A stretch of DNA of 40,327 nucleotides, taken from positions 1 through 40,327 of the forward strand of contig JASFVB010000002.1 of the NCBI GenBank assembly GCA_050050035.1, written 5' to 3'. Numbering within the stretch: position 1 is the first letter of the stretch; each line of letters starts with the position of its first letter. This DNA is from Acidimicrobiia bacterium. Its GTDB lineage: Bacteria; Actinomycetota; Acidimicrobiia; Spongiisociales; ZC4RG35. Under the pieces are notes generated by a model. It saw nothing but the letters and a program-made list of their open reading frames with translations, did no database searches and was not told the origin of the DNA. This document shows, one piece after another, positions 17,817-27,141 of the stretch. The position numbers were made by a program, and so were the translations under genes.

Positions 17817-18301
17817 GTGACCACGAGCGCCGAGTCGACCTGGAGGGAATCCACATCGATCGCGACCTGGCCGACGAGGTCGCGATCGAAGAGGACCTGG
17901 ACTCGAACGTCGTCGGCCCATATCTGTTCCCCTCGCCAAGCAGGAGACGCATTGCCGGGTGGGTCTATCTCTTCGTGGGGCTGGTGGCGACGGTTTCCAT
18001 CGACGATGGCTGGTGGATCGGGCTCGGGCTGGCGTTGCTGGCCGCGTGGCAGTTCGCTTCTTCATGGCCTCTCGACGTCGATGAGCACGAGGCGATGACG
18101 CGTGCCGCGACCGTCGTGGGCTTCCCGGTCGGGCACTCGTCGGCGGTGGTGCGTTTTCACGGCTGGAGGTCACGTCCTCGATGGTCCGTCGTCATGTACT
18201 CGGCTTCGGAGCCGCCCGATCAGAGGGCACTGGTCGTTGTCGACGCGGTGACGGGTGAGATCGTCGAGAAGCCGTACGTCGAGAACATCGTGGCCGTGTG
18301 A
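17813..18301 (+). CDS. Hypothetical two-TM protein translationally coupled to thrS
   Basis: ATGA overlap with the thrS stop, GC-rich third codon positions and two adjacent TM helices. No family recognised. Confidence 0.6.
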   Translation: MSDHERRVDLEGIHIDRDLADEVAIEEDLDSNVVGPYLFPSPSRRRIAGWVYLFVGLVATVSIDDGWWIGLGLALLAAWQFASSWPLDVDEHEAMTRAATVVGFPVGHSSAVVRFHGWRSRPRWSVVMYSASEPPDQRALVVVDAVTGEIVEKPYVENIVAV

Positions 18302-18317
18302 TCTCTTTCTACGCGGC

Positions 18318-18341
18318 GTAGGGACGAAATACCGTCCCTAC
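18318..18341. terminator. Bidirectional hairpin between convergent genes: GTAGGGACG-AAATAC-CGTCCCTAC
   Basis: Perfect 9-bp stem with a 6-nt loop, located between the stop at 18301 (+) and the gltA stop at 18357 (-). Confidence 0.6.
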
Positions 18342-18356
18342 AGCATTAGGAAGAGC

Positions 18357-19640
18357 TCAGCGTTCGTCGATGGGGACGAAAGGGCGTGTCTCCGGCCCCG
18401 TGTACACCTGACGCGGGCGGAAGATGCGTGCGCTCGGGTCTGCGGAGAGCTCTCTCCACTGGGCAAGCCAGCCGGGCAGTCTTCCCAAAGCGAAGAGGAC
18501 CGTGAACATGTCCGTCGGGAATCCCATGGCTCGATAGATGATCCCGGAGTAGAAGTCGACGTTCGGGTATAGCTTGCGCTCGACGAAGTAGTCGTCGGAG
18601 AGCGCCACCTCCTCGAGCTGCATTGCCAGTTCGAGCAACGGATCGTCGACGCCGAGAGCCTGGAGGACCTCCTCGGCCGCCCCTTTGATGATCCGAGCAC
18701 GCGGATCGAAGTTCTTGTAGACCCTGTGGCCGAAGCCCATCAACCGAAACGGGTCGTCTCGGTCTTTGGCACGTTTCACGATCGTGTCGAGATCCTCGCC
18801 GGAGGCGACGATCGCGTCGAGCATCTCCAGGACTGCCTGGTTTGCCCCGCCGTGGAGGGGCCCGGAGAGCGCCTGGATTCCCGCCGATATCGAACTGAAG
18901 ATGTTGGCGTGTCCCGAGCCGACGAGACGCACTGCCGACGACGAGCAATTCTGCCCGTGGTCGGCGTGCAAAATCAGAAGCATGTTGAGCGCCTTTGTGA
19001 CCACGGGGTCGGGCTCATAGGGCTCGGTGGGGACCGAGAACATCATCTTCAGAAAGTTCGCCGGGTAGCTCTGGGAGTTGTCCGGGTACACGTAAGGCTG
19101 GTGCACCCCGTACTTGTATGACCAGGCGATCATCGTTGGCGTCTTCGCGATCAACCGTCGCGAGCTGACATCTACAGCGTCTGAATCGAGTGGGTCGAGG
19201 GCGTCCGGGTAGTACGTCGCCAGGGCCGAAGTGGCCGATGCGAGGATTTGCATGGGGTGGGCCCGATGCGGGAAAGCCTCGAAGAGATGCTTCATGTCTT
19301 CCCTGAGCAGGGTGTGATAGGTGATCGAGTCGTCGTATTCGGCGAGATCGGACGCGTTGGGAAGCTCGCCGTACTGGAGGAGATAGGCGACCTCCAGGAA
19401 GGAGGCCTTCTCGGCGAGATCCTCGATGGGGTAGCCCCTATAGCGGAGAACCCCCTCCTCACCGTTGATATAGGTGACCGCGGAGGTTCCTTCGGCTGTG
19501 TTGCCGAACCCGCGATCGAGCGTTACGAGCTGGAGCTCGGAGCGAAGCTTGGAGACATCGAGGCCTGGCTCGCCATATGTCGCTTCCTGCACCGGCAGGC
19601 CGAGCTCCTTGTTCCCGTAGCGGAGCACCGCGTCGGTCAT
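18357..19640 (-). CDS. gltA: Citrate synthase
   Basis: LHADHGQNCS, GPLHGGAN and GFGHRVYKNFDPRA signatures. Confidence 0.95.
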   Translation of the reverse strand: MTDAVLRYGNKELGLPVQEATYGEPGLDVSKLRSELQLVTLDRGFGNTAEGTSAVTYINGEEGVLRYRGYPIEDLAEKASFLEVAYLLQYGELPNASDLAEYDDSITYHTLLREDMKHLFEAFPHRAHPMQILASATSALATYYPDALDPLDSDAVDVSSRRLIAKTPTMIAWSYKYGVHQPYVYPDNSQSYPANFLKMMFSVPTEPYEPDPVVTKALNMLLILHADHGQNCSSSAVRLVGSGHANIFSSISAGIQALSGPLHGGANQAVLEMLDAIVASGEDLDTIVKRAKDRDDPFRLMGFGHRVYKNFDPRARIIKGAAEEVLQALGVDDPLLELAMQLEEVALSDDYFVERKLYPNVDFYSGIIYRAMGFPTDMFTVLFALGRLPGWLAQWRELSADPSARIFRPRQVYTGPETRPFVPIDER

Positions 19641-19652
19641 TGGGTCTCCTTT

Positions 19653-21704
19653 CTAAGAGTCTTCCTTGGCAGCGGCTGCGATGACAGCCTGAGCCTCATT
19701 GTGAGGGACTTCCTCGTAGTGGTCGAATTCCATCTCAAAGGTGCCGCGACCGGAGGTGAACGACCTCAGCTCTGCCGCGTACTGTTGCATCTCAGCCATG
19801 GGCACCTCGGCGTTGACAGTCCTCAGAGTGCCCTCACCCTCCATGCCGAGGACCTTCCCCCGTTTCGAGTTGATGTCACCCATGACGTCTCCGAGATAGG
19901 CCTCGGGCACCGTCACTGCAATCTTCATGATGGGCTCCAGCAAGACGGGTCTCAGCCGATCCCCGGCGGTCCTGACCGCCTGGATCCCGGCCATTCGGAA
20001 CGACATCTCGTCGGAGTCCACGGCGTGGTACTTGCCGTCGTACAATTCGGCGGCGACGTCGACCACCGGGTACCCGGCGAGTATCCCCCTGTCCAATGCC
20101 TCCTGGATGCCCTTGTCGACGGCCGGTATGAGACCACGAGGGATGGCTCCACCTTTGACCGAGTCGATGAACTCGTAGCCCGTACCTCTCGGGCGTGGTG
20201 AGAACCTGACGAGGGCCACTCCGAACTGTCCACGGCCCCCCGACTGCTTCTTGTGCTTGCCCTCGGCCTCGGCGGTCGCCATCACCGACTCCCGGTAGGG
20301 GATCTTCGGGATGGTCGAGTCGATCTCGACCCCGAACATGCGCTTGATACGAGCCAGTGTGACGTCGAGATGGGTATCACCCATCCCGGAGAGGATCGTC
20401 TCCCCGGTCTCGGGGCGCCGCTCGACCTTGATGGTCGGGTCGCTCTCCGCCATGCGGCGGAGGGCAGTCGACATCTTCTCGTCGTCGTGATGCGAGTGCG
20501 GTGCGATCGCCAGCTCGGTCACCGGTCGGGGGAACTCCACGGGGTCGATGACGGCAGTGAGCCCGGGCGAGCGCAACGTGTCGCCTGGGTGGAGGTCCTC
20601 GACCTTGGCGACGGCCCCGATTCCGCCCACCGGGAGCTCGGAGACGTCGTCGTGCTCCTTTCCCTGGAGCTTGAAGAGGTTGTGCATCCGGACCTTGCCG
20701 CCACGGGCCAACTCGAGCTCTTGGTCGGCCTTGGCCGTGCCCGAGTAGATGCGGAACAACGAGATACGCCCGACGAAGGGGTCAGAGACCGTCTTGAAGA
20801 CATAGGCGAGGACGGGACCGTCCGCCGAGGGCTCGATGGGGTCGCCCTCGGCCAGGGGCGGCAGGCTCCGCTCGAGAGGGTTCGGGCCGTAGTCGAGGAT
20901 GAACTCGAACAGGGTGTCGATCCCCACGAGTTTCTCGGACGAGGTGACCATGACGGGATAGATGTCGCCGGCGACGATGCCGTTGTGGATCGTGTCGACG
21001 ATCTGATCCCGGGTCGGCTCGGTGCCTTCGAAGTAGGCCTCCATCATCTCGTCGTCTGTCTCGACGACGGTCTCAATCAGTGCGGTGTGAGCTTCGTGGA
21101 CGAGAGGGGCGACGTCGTCCGGCAAATCGGCTTGAGTCCCCTTGGCTGAACCGCCCGAGTAGATGTAGGCCCTCTCACTTGCCACCCGCACCAAGCCGCT
21201 GAGGGAGGTCTCCGATCCGATCGGCACCTGGATCGGTGCGATCGACTTGCCGAAGCTCTCTCTGAGCTGCTGGATCACACGTTGATACGACGCTCGCTCG
21301 CGGTCCAGCTTCGTGATGACGATGGCCCGGGGGATGCCCTCCTCCTCGGCGGCCCGCCAGAGGACCTCCGTCTGCACCTCGACACCGTCGACGGCGGAGA
21401 CGGCGAACAGGGCCAGGTCGGCCGCGCGCAAGGCCGTGTGGGCATCGCCGCTGAACTCGGTTGCACCCGGTGAGTCGATGATGTTGACGCGAGTGCCATT
21501 CCACTCGGTCGTCGCTACGGCCAGGCCGAGGGAGATCGTGCGGTCGATCTCCTCGGGCTCGTAGTCGAAAGTGGTGGTCCCGTTCTCGACCGACCCCATG
21601 CGCTTGATCGCCCCGCCTGCATACAGCAAGGCCTCCGCCAGCGTTGTCTTCCCGCTTCCGCTGTGACCGACCAGCGCGATGTTTCGGACCTTCTCGGGGA
21701 TCAC
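19653..21704 (-). CDS. Elongation factor G paralogue (EF-G2-like translational GTPase)
   Basis: Full five-domain EF-G layout with G1 GHSGSGKTT, G3 DSPGA (not DTPGH) and G4 TKLD. GTG start with an AGGAGG RBS upstream. Confidence 0.9.
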   Translation of the reverse strand: MIPEKVRNIALVGHSGSGKTTLAEALLYAGGAIKRMGSVENGTTTFDYEPEEIDRTISLGLAVATTEWNGTRVNIIDSPGATEFSGDAHTALRAADLALFAVSAVDGVEVQTEVLWRAAEEEGIPRAIVITKLDRERASYQRVIQQLRESFGKSIAPIQVPIGSETSLSGLVRVASERAYIYSGGSAKGTQADLPDDVAPLVHEAHTALIETVVETDDEMMEAYFEGTEPTRDQIVDTIHNGIVAGDIYPVMVTSSEKLVGIDTLFEFILDYGPNPLERSLPPLAEGDPIEPSADGPVLAYVFKTVSDPFVGRISLFRIYSGTAKADQELELARGGKVRMHNLFKLQGKEHDDVSELPVGGIGAVAKVEDLHPGDTLRSPGLTAVIDPVEFPRPVTELAIAPHSHHDDEKMSTALRRMAESDPTIKVERRPETGETILSGMGDTHLDVTLARIKRMFGVEIDSTIPKIPYRESVMATAEAEGKHKKQSGGRGQFGVALVRFSPRPRGTGYEFIDSVKGGAIPRGLIPAVDKGIQEALDRGILAGYPVVDVAAELYDGKYHAVDSDEMSFRMAGIQAVRTAGDRLRPVLLEPIMKIAVTVPEAYLGDVMGDINSKRGKVLGMEGEGTLRTVNAEVPMAEMQQYAAELRSFTSGRGTFEMEFDHYEEVPHNEAQAVIAAAAKEDS

Positions 21705-21780
21705 ACGACCTCCTTGTGGAAAACGCCGATCCTAACCCTGATGCGAACCGTGTTCCGAGGCCGGTGCTACTTTCACCGAC

Positions 21781-22350
21781 GTGATCGACATGCGTGTCCG
21801 GCCCCACGTGACCCGGTACCTGGACGCCATCGGAAGAACTCTGGCCAAAGTCGGAATGACACCGACCGCGATGACCGCGCTCGGGCTGGCCCTGGTTCTC
21901 GCGGGATCGATCATGGTGGCGACCGGCAGGCTCGTTTCCGGGGCTTGGGTCATAGCGCTGGGGTCAGCCCTCGACGGTCTCGACGGGGCGGTGGCGAGAG
22001 CGTCGGGAAAAGTCTCGCCCCGCGGTGCATTTCTCGACTCGGCGTTCGATCGCATAGGAGAGATAGCCGCATTCGCCGGCCTCGCATTCGCCAGGGCCGG
22101 GGAGGCGCGGATCCTGCTACTCATCGTCATCGCCGTGGGTGGCTCGATGCTCGTCCCCTATATGCGCGCGAAGGCCGAGGCGGAGGGTCTCGTGGGCACC
22201 GGCGGGCTCATGGGCCGGACCGAGCGTCTCATCGTCTTCTGTGCGGGTCTGGTATTCGGAGTCGTGGAGCCCATGCTCTGGGTTTACGTCGTCCTGGTGT
22301 GGATGACGGCGTTCACCAGGTTCATCCGCTCGTACCGATCCATCAAGTGA
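21781..22350 (+). CDS. pgsA1: CDP-alcohol phosphatidyltransferase, likely phosphatidylinositol-phosphate synthase
   Basis: DGLDGAVAR...G...D...D motif (ALDGLDGAVARASGKVSPRGAFLDSAFDRIGE). Synteny with the acyltransferase and pimA matches the mycobacterial PIM locus. Confidence 0.8.
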   Translation: MIDMRVRPHVTRYLDAIGRTLAKVGMTPTAMTALGLALVLAGSIMVATGRLVSGAWVIALGSALDGLDGAVARASGKVSPRGAFLDSAFDRIGEIAAFAGLAFARAGEARILLLIVIAVGGSMLVPYMRAKAEAEGLVGTGGLMGRTERLIVFCAGLVFGVVEPMLWVYVVLVWMTAFTRFIRSYRSIK

Positions 22351-23228
22351 AGGCCTACCTCGCGTATCTCGGCCTGCGCGCCGGTGTGAGTCTCGTGGGC
22401 GTCCTCCCGTGGAGGGTCGTCCGGGCCCTGGGAAGAGGCTTTGGTTCTGTATGGGGTCGGGTCGATCGAACACGCCGTGCCATGGCCTCGCGTCATCTGT
22501 CACGTGTGCGGGGCAGCGGAGGAGACCTCCGTGTCGGCTCTCTGGAGATGATGCGCTCCTATGGCCGGTATTACGCCGAGGCGTTGTGGGCCAGGGCGAG
22601 GCGCATCGAAGGCATGCTGGGAGCGACCGAGGTTGAAGGGCTGGAGCACATCGTCGCGGCTCGGGATGCGGGCACGGGAATGATCTACGCCCTGCCACAC
22701 ATGGGGAACTGGGAAGCTGCGGCGCCAATAGCGGTGACCATCGGTGTTCCCGTGGTCGCAGTGGCCGAGGTCCTCCCCAATAGGAGAATCACGGATTGGT
22801 TCACCGAGATGCGTGCCGAGTTCGGGATCGAGATCATCCTGGCAACAGGCCGACTCGAGGTCATGAGGGGGCTCGAGCAGGCAATCGCCGACAACAAGGC
22901 CGTGGCCTTGCTCAGCGATCGTGACCTGGGAGGGAGAGGTGTAGAGGTCAGTTTCTTCGGTGAGCCCACGACCCTGCCTCCGGGCCCGGCCACCCTCGCG
23001 GTGAGAACGGGGGCGCCACTCCTGCCCGTTGGCTGTTACTTCGTCGACGGTGGATATCGGGTTGTGGTCAGACCCCCTCTCGAGGTGCCCGGCTCCGGCT
23101 CCAAGACGGAGAAGGTCGCGACTCTGACCCAGGAGCTTGCCTCTGCCCTGGAAGAGCTCATCGGAGAGGCTCCCGAGCAATGGCACCTCGTACAGCCCAA
23201 CTGGCCGTCGGACCGACAGGGGGACTAG
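22347..23228 (+). CDS. LpxL/HtrB-like lipid acyltransferase, likely phosphatidylinositol-mannoside acyltransferase
   Basis: The start is taken as GTG 22347 (GTGA overlap with the pgsA1 stop). The 521-aa track ORF is an upstream frame extension. The translation has PHMGNWE (HxxxxE/D) and LSDRD motifs and sits between pgsA1 and pimA. Confidence 0.75.
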   Translation: MKAYLAYLGLRAGVSLVGVLPWRVVRALGRGFGSVWGRVDRTRRAMASRHLSRVRGSGGDLRVGSLEMMRSYGRYYAEALWARARRIEGMLGATEVEGLEHIVAARDAGTGMIYALPHMGNWEAAAPIAVTIGVPVVAVAEVLPNRRITDWFTEMRAEFGIEIILATGRLEVMRGLEQAIADNKAVALLSDRDLGGRGVEVSFFGEPTTLPPGPATLAVRTGAPLLPVGCYFVDGGYRVVVRPPLEVPGSGSKTEKVATLTQELASALEELIGEAPEQWHLVQPNWPSDRQGD

Positions 23229-24257
23229 GTGCGAGTCGGCATCGTTTGCCCCTACGACATGGGAAGACCTGGTGGGGTTCAGAGCCAGGTTCGTGGGTTG
23301 GCCCGAGCTCTGGCAGAGCACGGAGACGAGGTGGCCATAGTCGCTCCAGGGCCCGCTGTGGGCGATGCAGGTGTCTCCGTGGGCGGGTCGGTGAGAATTC
23401 CGGTCAACCGGTCCCGTGCTCCGATTGCGCTGGATCCTCGATCAATCGGCCGCGTCGAGGCGGCGGTCCGGAGATTCGACGTCCTGCACGTCCATGAGCC
23501 GTTGGTGCCCTTCGTCTCACTGGCAGCGCTCCGCGCCGGTCCGGCAGTCGTCGCCACGTTCCATGCGGCTCCGTCACGCTTCGGACGAGGGCTCTACGGA
23601 CTGAGCCGTCCCTGGATTCGGCGCATCATGAGGCACAACGTGCGTCGCGTCACTGCCGTTTCCGAGACGGCAGCCAGCACTCTGCCCGACGATCTCGAGG
23701 TCGTGATCGTCCCCAACGGCATCGACGTCTCGGCGTTCGACGTCGATGAGCCACACGTGAGGCGACGTGTCTCGTTTCTCGGGAGGGATGAGCCACGAAA
23801 AGGGCTCGACGTGTTGCTTCGGAGCTGGGGGGAGGTGTCGAGGGCAATGCCCGAAACAGAGCTGGTGGTCATGGGTGCGGATCGTGGTGTCGCGGGGATC
23901 CGTTGGCTGGGGCCCGTCGACGATGACACGAAGATCGCGACCCTGGGAACCTCTCAGGTCTACGTGGCGCCGAATCTGGGTGGGGAGTCGTTCGGCATCG
24001 TGGTCCTCGAGGGCATGGCGGCCGGGGCAGCCGTGGTCGCGTCCGATCTGGAAGCGTTCCGCAGTGTCGGTGGAGAGGCTGTGCTCTACTTCGGCACAGG
24101 GGATGCCGACGCATTGGCCCAGACGCTGATCGACCTTCTCGGCGATGAGCAGAAATGCGCGGAGTTGTCGAAGCTGGGACGGGCCAGAGCCGCCGAATTC
24201 GACTGGGCTGTGGTGGCGCCTCGATACCGCTTGCTGTACGAGGAAGCGCTCTCTTAG
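23229..24257 (+). CDS. pimA: GT4 glycosyltransferase, likely phosphatidyl-myo-inositol mannosyltransferase
   Basis: [22 protein letters not shown]-terminus and an E-x7-E-like [15 protein letters not shown] motif. It starts immediately after the upstream stop. Confidence 0.8.
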   Translation: MRVGIVCPYDMGRPGGVQSQVRGLARALAEHGDEVAIVAPGPAVGDAGVSVGGSVRIPVNRSRAPIALDPRSIGRVEAAVRRFDVLHVHEPLVPFVSLAALRAGPAVVATFHAAPSRFGRGLYGLSRPWIRRIMRHNVRRVTAVSETAASTLPDDLEVVIVPNGIDVSAFDVDEPHVRRRVSFLGRDEPRKGLDVLLRSWGEVSRAMPETELVVMGADRGVAGIRWLGPVDDDTKIATLGTSQVYVAPNLGGESFGIVVLEGMAAGAAVVASDLEAFRSVGGEAVLYFGTGDADALAQTLIDLLGDEQKCAELSKLGRARAAEFDWAVVAPRYRLLYEEALS

Positions 24258-24289
24258 GAGTCGAACCGAGCGAGCGGTACAATTCAGAT

Positions 24290-25192
24290 GTGCCAAAGGA
24301 GCTCGAAATCGTGGAAACAGGTACCGATCGCGTGAAGCGAGGTTTGGCCGAGATGCTCAAGGGCGGCGTCATCATGGATGTCGTCGACGCGGAGCAGGCT
24401 GCCATAGCGGAGGCGGCGGGAGCGGTCTCTGTCATGGCCTTGGAGCGTGTGCCTGCTGACATCCGCAAGCAGGGTGGGGTGGCACGTATGTCCGATCCGT
24501 CGAAGGTCTCGGAGATTCAGAGCGCAGTGTCGATACCCGTGATGGCCAAGTGCCGTATCGGGCACTTCGCGGAGGCGGCGGTGCTCCAGTCCCTCGGTGT
24601 CGACTACATAGACGAGTCCGAGGTCCTCACACCTGCCGACGAAGAGCATCACGTCGACAAATGGGCCTTCACTACCCCGTTCGTGTGTGGCGCGCGAAAC
24701 CTCGGTGAAGCGCTTCGGCGTATCGGTGAGGGTGCGGCGATGATCCGAACAAAGGGCGAAGCCGGCACAGGAAACGTCGTTGAAGCGGTGCGGCACATGA
24801 GGACCGTCACCAACGAGATGCGAGCCGTTGCGGCGATGGGCGATGAACAGCTCATGACCGCGGCACGCGACCTGGGGGCTCCCTATGAGTTGGTGCGTGA
24901 GATCGCCGACACCGGCAAACTCCCCGTGGTCAACTTCGCCGCAGGGGGCATAGCCACACCCGCCGACGCCGCGCTGATGATGGGTCTCGGGGTCGATGGC
25001 GTGTTCGTTGGCTCCGGCATCTTCAAGAGCTCCGATCCGGAGGGATACGCCCGCGCCATCGTCGAAGCCGTCACCTTCTGGAACGAGCCCGACGTCGTTG
25101 CCAAGGTCTCCAGAGGCCTCGGCGAGGCAATGCCCGGTCTCGAGATGGAGACGCTGTCCGAAGCGGAACAGCTGGCCCGGCGAGGCTGGTGA
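24290..25192 (+). CDS. pdxS: Pyridoxal 5'-phosphate synthase, lyase subunit
   Basis: [25 protein letters not shown] and [10 protein letters not shown] motifs. GTG 24290 gives about 300 aa; the track start at 24155 lies within the pimA 3' end. Confidence 0.95.
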   Translation: MPKELEIVETGTDRVKRGLAEMLKGGVIMDVVDAEQAAIAEAAGAVSVMALERVPADIRKQGGVARMSDPSKVSEIQSAVSIPVMAKCRIGHFAEAAVLQSLGVDYIDESEVLTPADEEHHVDKWAFTTPFVCGARNLGEALRRIGEGAAMIRTKGEAGTGNVVEAVRHMRTVTNEMRAVAAMGDEQLMTAARDLGAPYELVREIADTGKLPVVNFAAGGIATPADAALMMGLGVDGVFVGSGIFKSSDPEGYARAIVEAVTFWNEPDVVAKVSRGLGEAMPGLEMETLSEAEQLARRGW

Positions 25193-25193
25193 C

Positions 25194-25757
25194 GTGACCC
25201 GCGTCGGTGTCCTGGCCCTCCAGGGCGACGTTCGCGAGCACATTCGGGTTCTGGAGTCGCTCGATGTCGAGGCGGCCGAGGTCAAGATCCCCACGCAGCT
25301 CGATTCGGTGGATGGACTGGTGATACCGGGCGGAGAGTCCACGACCATCGCCAAGTTGGCGGTTCGATTCGGGCTATTGGAGCCCTTGCGGAGAGTCATC
25401 GACGACGGCATGCCCGTCTACGGCACATGCGCCGGGATGATCTTCCTCGCCGGTGCGGTGACCGACGGCGATCAACCCCTGTTGGGCGGGCTGGACGTCG
25501 TTGTGAGGAGAAACGCGTTCGGACGCCAAAACGAGTCGTTCGAGGCTGAGCTCGACATCGCCGGCTTGGGCACTCCCTTCCACGCCGTGTTCATCCGGGC
25601 CCCCTGGATCGAGAAGGTGGGTGGCGAAGTGGAGGTGCTGGCTTCGATAGACGATCACCCGGTGATGGTGCGTCAGGACTCGGTGCTCGCGACGTCGTTC
25701 CACCCGGAGCTGACCGACGACGATCGCATCCACCGGATGCTGCTCGAGCTGATCTGA
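25194..25757 (+). CDS. pdxT: Pyridoxal 5'-phosphate synthase, glutaminase subunit
   Basis: VGVLALQGDVREH, GTCAGMI (catalytic Cys) and TSFHPE motifs. GTG 25194 lies 1 nt after the pdxS stop. Confidence 0.9.
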   Translation: MTRVGVLALQGDVREHIRVLESLDVEAAEVKIPTQLDSVDGLVIPGGESTTIAKLAVRFGLLEPLRRVIDDGMPVYGTCAGMIFLAGAVTDGDQPLLGGLDVVVRRNAFGRQNESFEAELDIAGLGTPFHAVFIRAPWIEKVGGEVEVLASIDDHPVMVRQDSVLATSFHPELTDDDRIHRMLLELI

Positions 25758-25763
25758 GGAGAC

Positions 25764-26513
25764 ATGGCTGGACATTCCAAATGGGCAAACATCAAGCACC
25801 GCAAGGGACGTCAAGACGCCAAACGCGGAAAGCTGTTCGGCAAACTCGCCAAAGCGATCGAGGTCGCCGCGAGAGAGGGTGGCGGGAGCACAGACTTCAA
25901 TCCAGCCCTGGCCACCGCCGTGGAGAAGGCGAAGGCGGCCTCCATGCCCAACGACAACATCGACCGGGCAATCAAGCGGGGAACGGGTGAGGTCGAGGGT
26001 GCCACCTACGAGGAGTTCTTCTACGAGGGCTACGGGCCAGGCGGAGTGGCGCTCTACGTCCATGTGCTGACCGACAATCGCAACAGAGCCGCATCGGACG
26101 TGCGCTCGACGTTCTCCAAACACAACGGAAACCTCGGCGAGCCCGGATCGGTCGGGTATCTGTTCGAGCAGAAGGGGCTCATCTTGGTGGACGGCGACGA
26201 GGATGACGTGATGCTTGCGGCACTCGAGGGCGGTGCCGAGGACGTCCGTGACGCCGGTGACCGCACCTGGGAAGTGATCACCGAGGCCGGCGACATGCGC
26301 GGGGTCAAGGAGTCTCTGGCAGCAGGGGGTTTCGACATTCAATCGGCTGATGTGACCCAGTTGCCGTCGAACCTCGTTCCGGTCGAGGAGAGTGATGCCA
26401 AGAAGGTGCTTCGGCTCATCGACGCCCTCGACGATCTGGACGACGTCCAGTCCGTCTTCTCCAACTACGACATCGAAGACTCGGTCATGGAGAAGGTCCT
26501 GGCCGAGACGTGA
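25764..26513 (+). CDS. yebC: YebC/PmpR-family transcriptional regulator
   Basis: MAGHSKWANIKHRKGRQDAKRGKLF N-terminus and the full-length family pattern. Confidence 0.9.
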   Translation: MAGHSKWANIKHRKGRQDAKRGKLFGKLAKAIEVAAREGGGSTDFNPALATAVEKAKAASMPNDNIDRAIKRGTGEVEGATYEEFFYEGYGPGGVALYVHVLTDNRNRAASDVRSTFSKHNGNLGEPGSVGYLFEQKGLILVDGDEDDVMLAALEGGAEDVRDAGDRTWEVITEAGDMRGVKESLAAGGFDIQSADVTQLPSNLVPVEESDAKKVLRLIDALDDLDDVQSVFSNYDIEDSVMEKVLAET

Positions 26514-26923
26514 GCGACTCCGAGTCTCGCCTGTTCGCCATCAGCCGGAGACTCGCAGAGATCAAAGCGGCGCTGGCCGGGGAGTCCCGGGAGCCGTCGC
26601 CGGAACATCTCGCCCTGCTCCGGGAGCGAGACGCCCTACGGGACGAGGCTGCCGAGTGCAGGACGAATCGAAACGCCTCGCGCTCGACCCAGGAGTTGGA
26701 AGCGGAGTTGACCGAGCTACGGAAGCGGCGCGCCATCCTGGTCAGATCGCACACGGGGTATGCCACCAGCAAGGGAGGCGGTAGCTCGAGCCCGTCACCC
26801 GGCGAATGGGTGATGCTGGCTGCCATGGCGCGTGAGACGGGGGAGTTGGGCGGGATGGACGCCAGAATCAGCGAGATCGAGAGTGAGTTGGTCAGTCGCG
26901 AGACAGGGGATCAACCCCGATAG
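26510..26923 (+). CDS. Hypothetical coiled-coil protein translationally coupled to yebC
   Basis: GTGA overlap with the yebC stop and GC-rich third codon positions. Two heptad-like helical stretches flank a Gly/Ser-rich linker. No family recognised. Confidence 0.5.
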   Translation: MSDSESRLFAISRRLAEIKAALAGESREPSPEHLALLRERDALRDEAAECRTNRNASRSTQELEAELTELRKRRAILVRSHTGYATSKGGGSSSPSPGEWVMLAAMARETGELGGMDARISEIESELVSRETGDQPR

Positions 26924-26939
26924 CCAGTTGCTCCTGGGC

Positions 26940-27131
26940 TCAGGCCACCTCGCGTCTGCGACGGTCGAGAGGGGCGTTTGGAGTCTCGCAATAGCGGCGG
27001 GCGCGAGATCGGTCCGTGCATGCCACGACGTGCAGGATGGCCTCGGTGACACCGATGGCCTGAGTACCGGGACCGAGCGCGGTGCGCAGGTCACATTGGA
27101 GACTTCGCCTCCTTGTCGCGTCCAGACTCAT
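26940..27131 (-). CDS. Possible 63-aa ORF directly downstream of the acyltransferase gene
   Basis: The ATG lies 10 nt after the acyltransferase stop on the same strand, with moderately GC-rich third positions. No RBS or family recognised. Confidence 0.25.
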   Translation of the reverse strand: MSLDATRRRSLQCDLRTALGPGTQAIGVTEAILHVVACTDRSRARRYCETPNAPLDRRRREVA

Positions 27132-27141
27132 GGTCTGAATT

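Noticed and set aside
21663-23228. A single 521-aa ORF spanning the pgsA1 region and the acyltransferase.
   Set aside because: The first 228 codons are an out-of-frame read-through of pgsA1 with Arg/Gly-rich nonsense sequence. The acyltransferase-like sequence begins at VKAYLAYLG, where GTG 22347 overlaps the pgsA1 stop.
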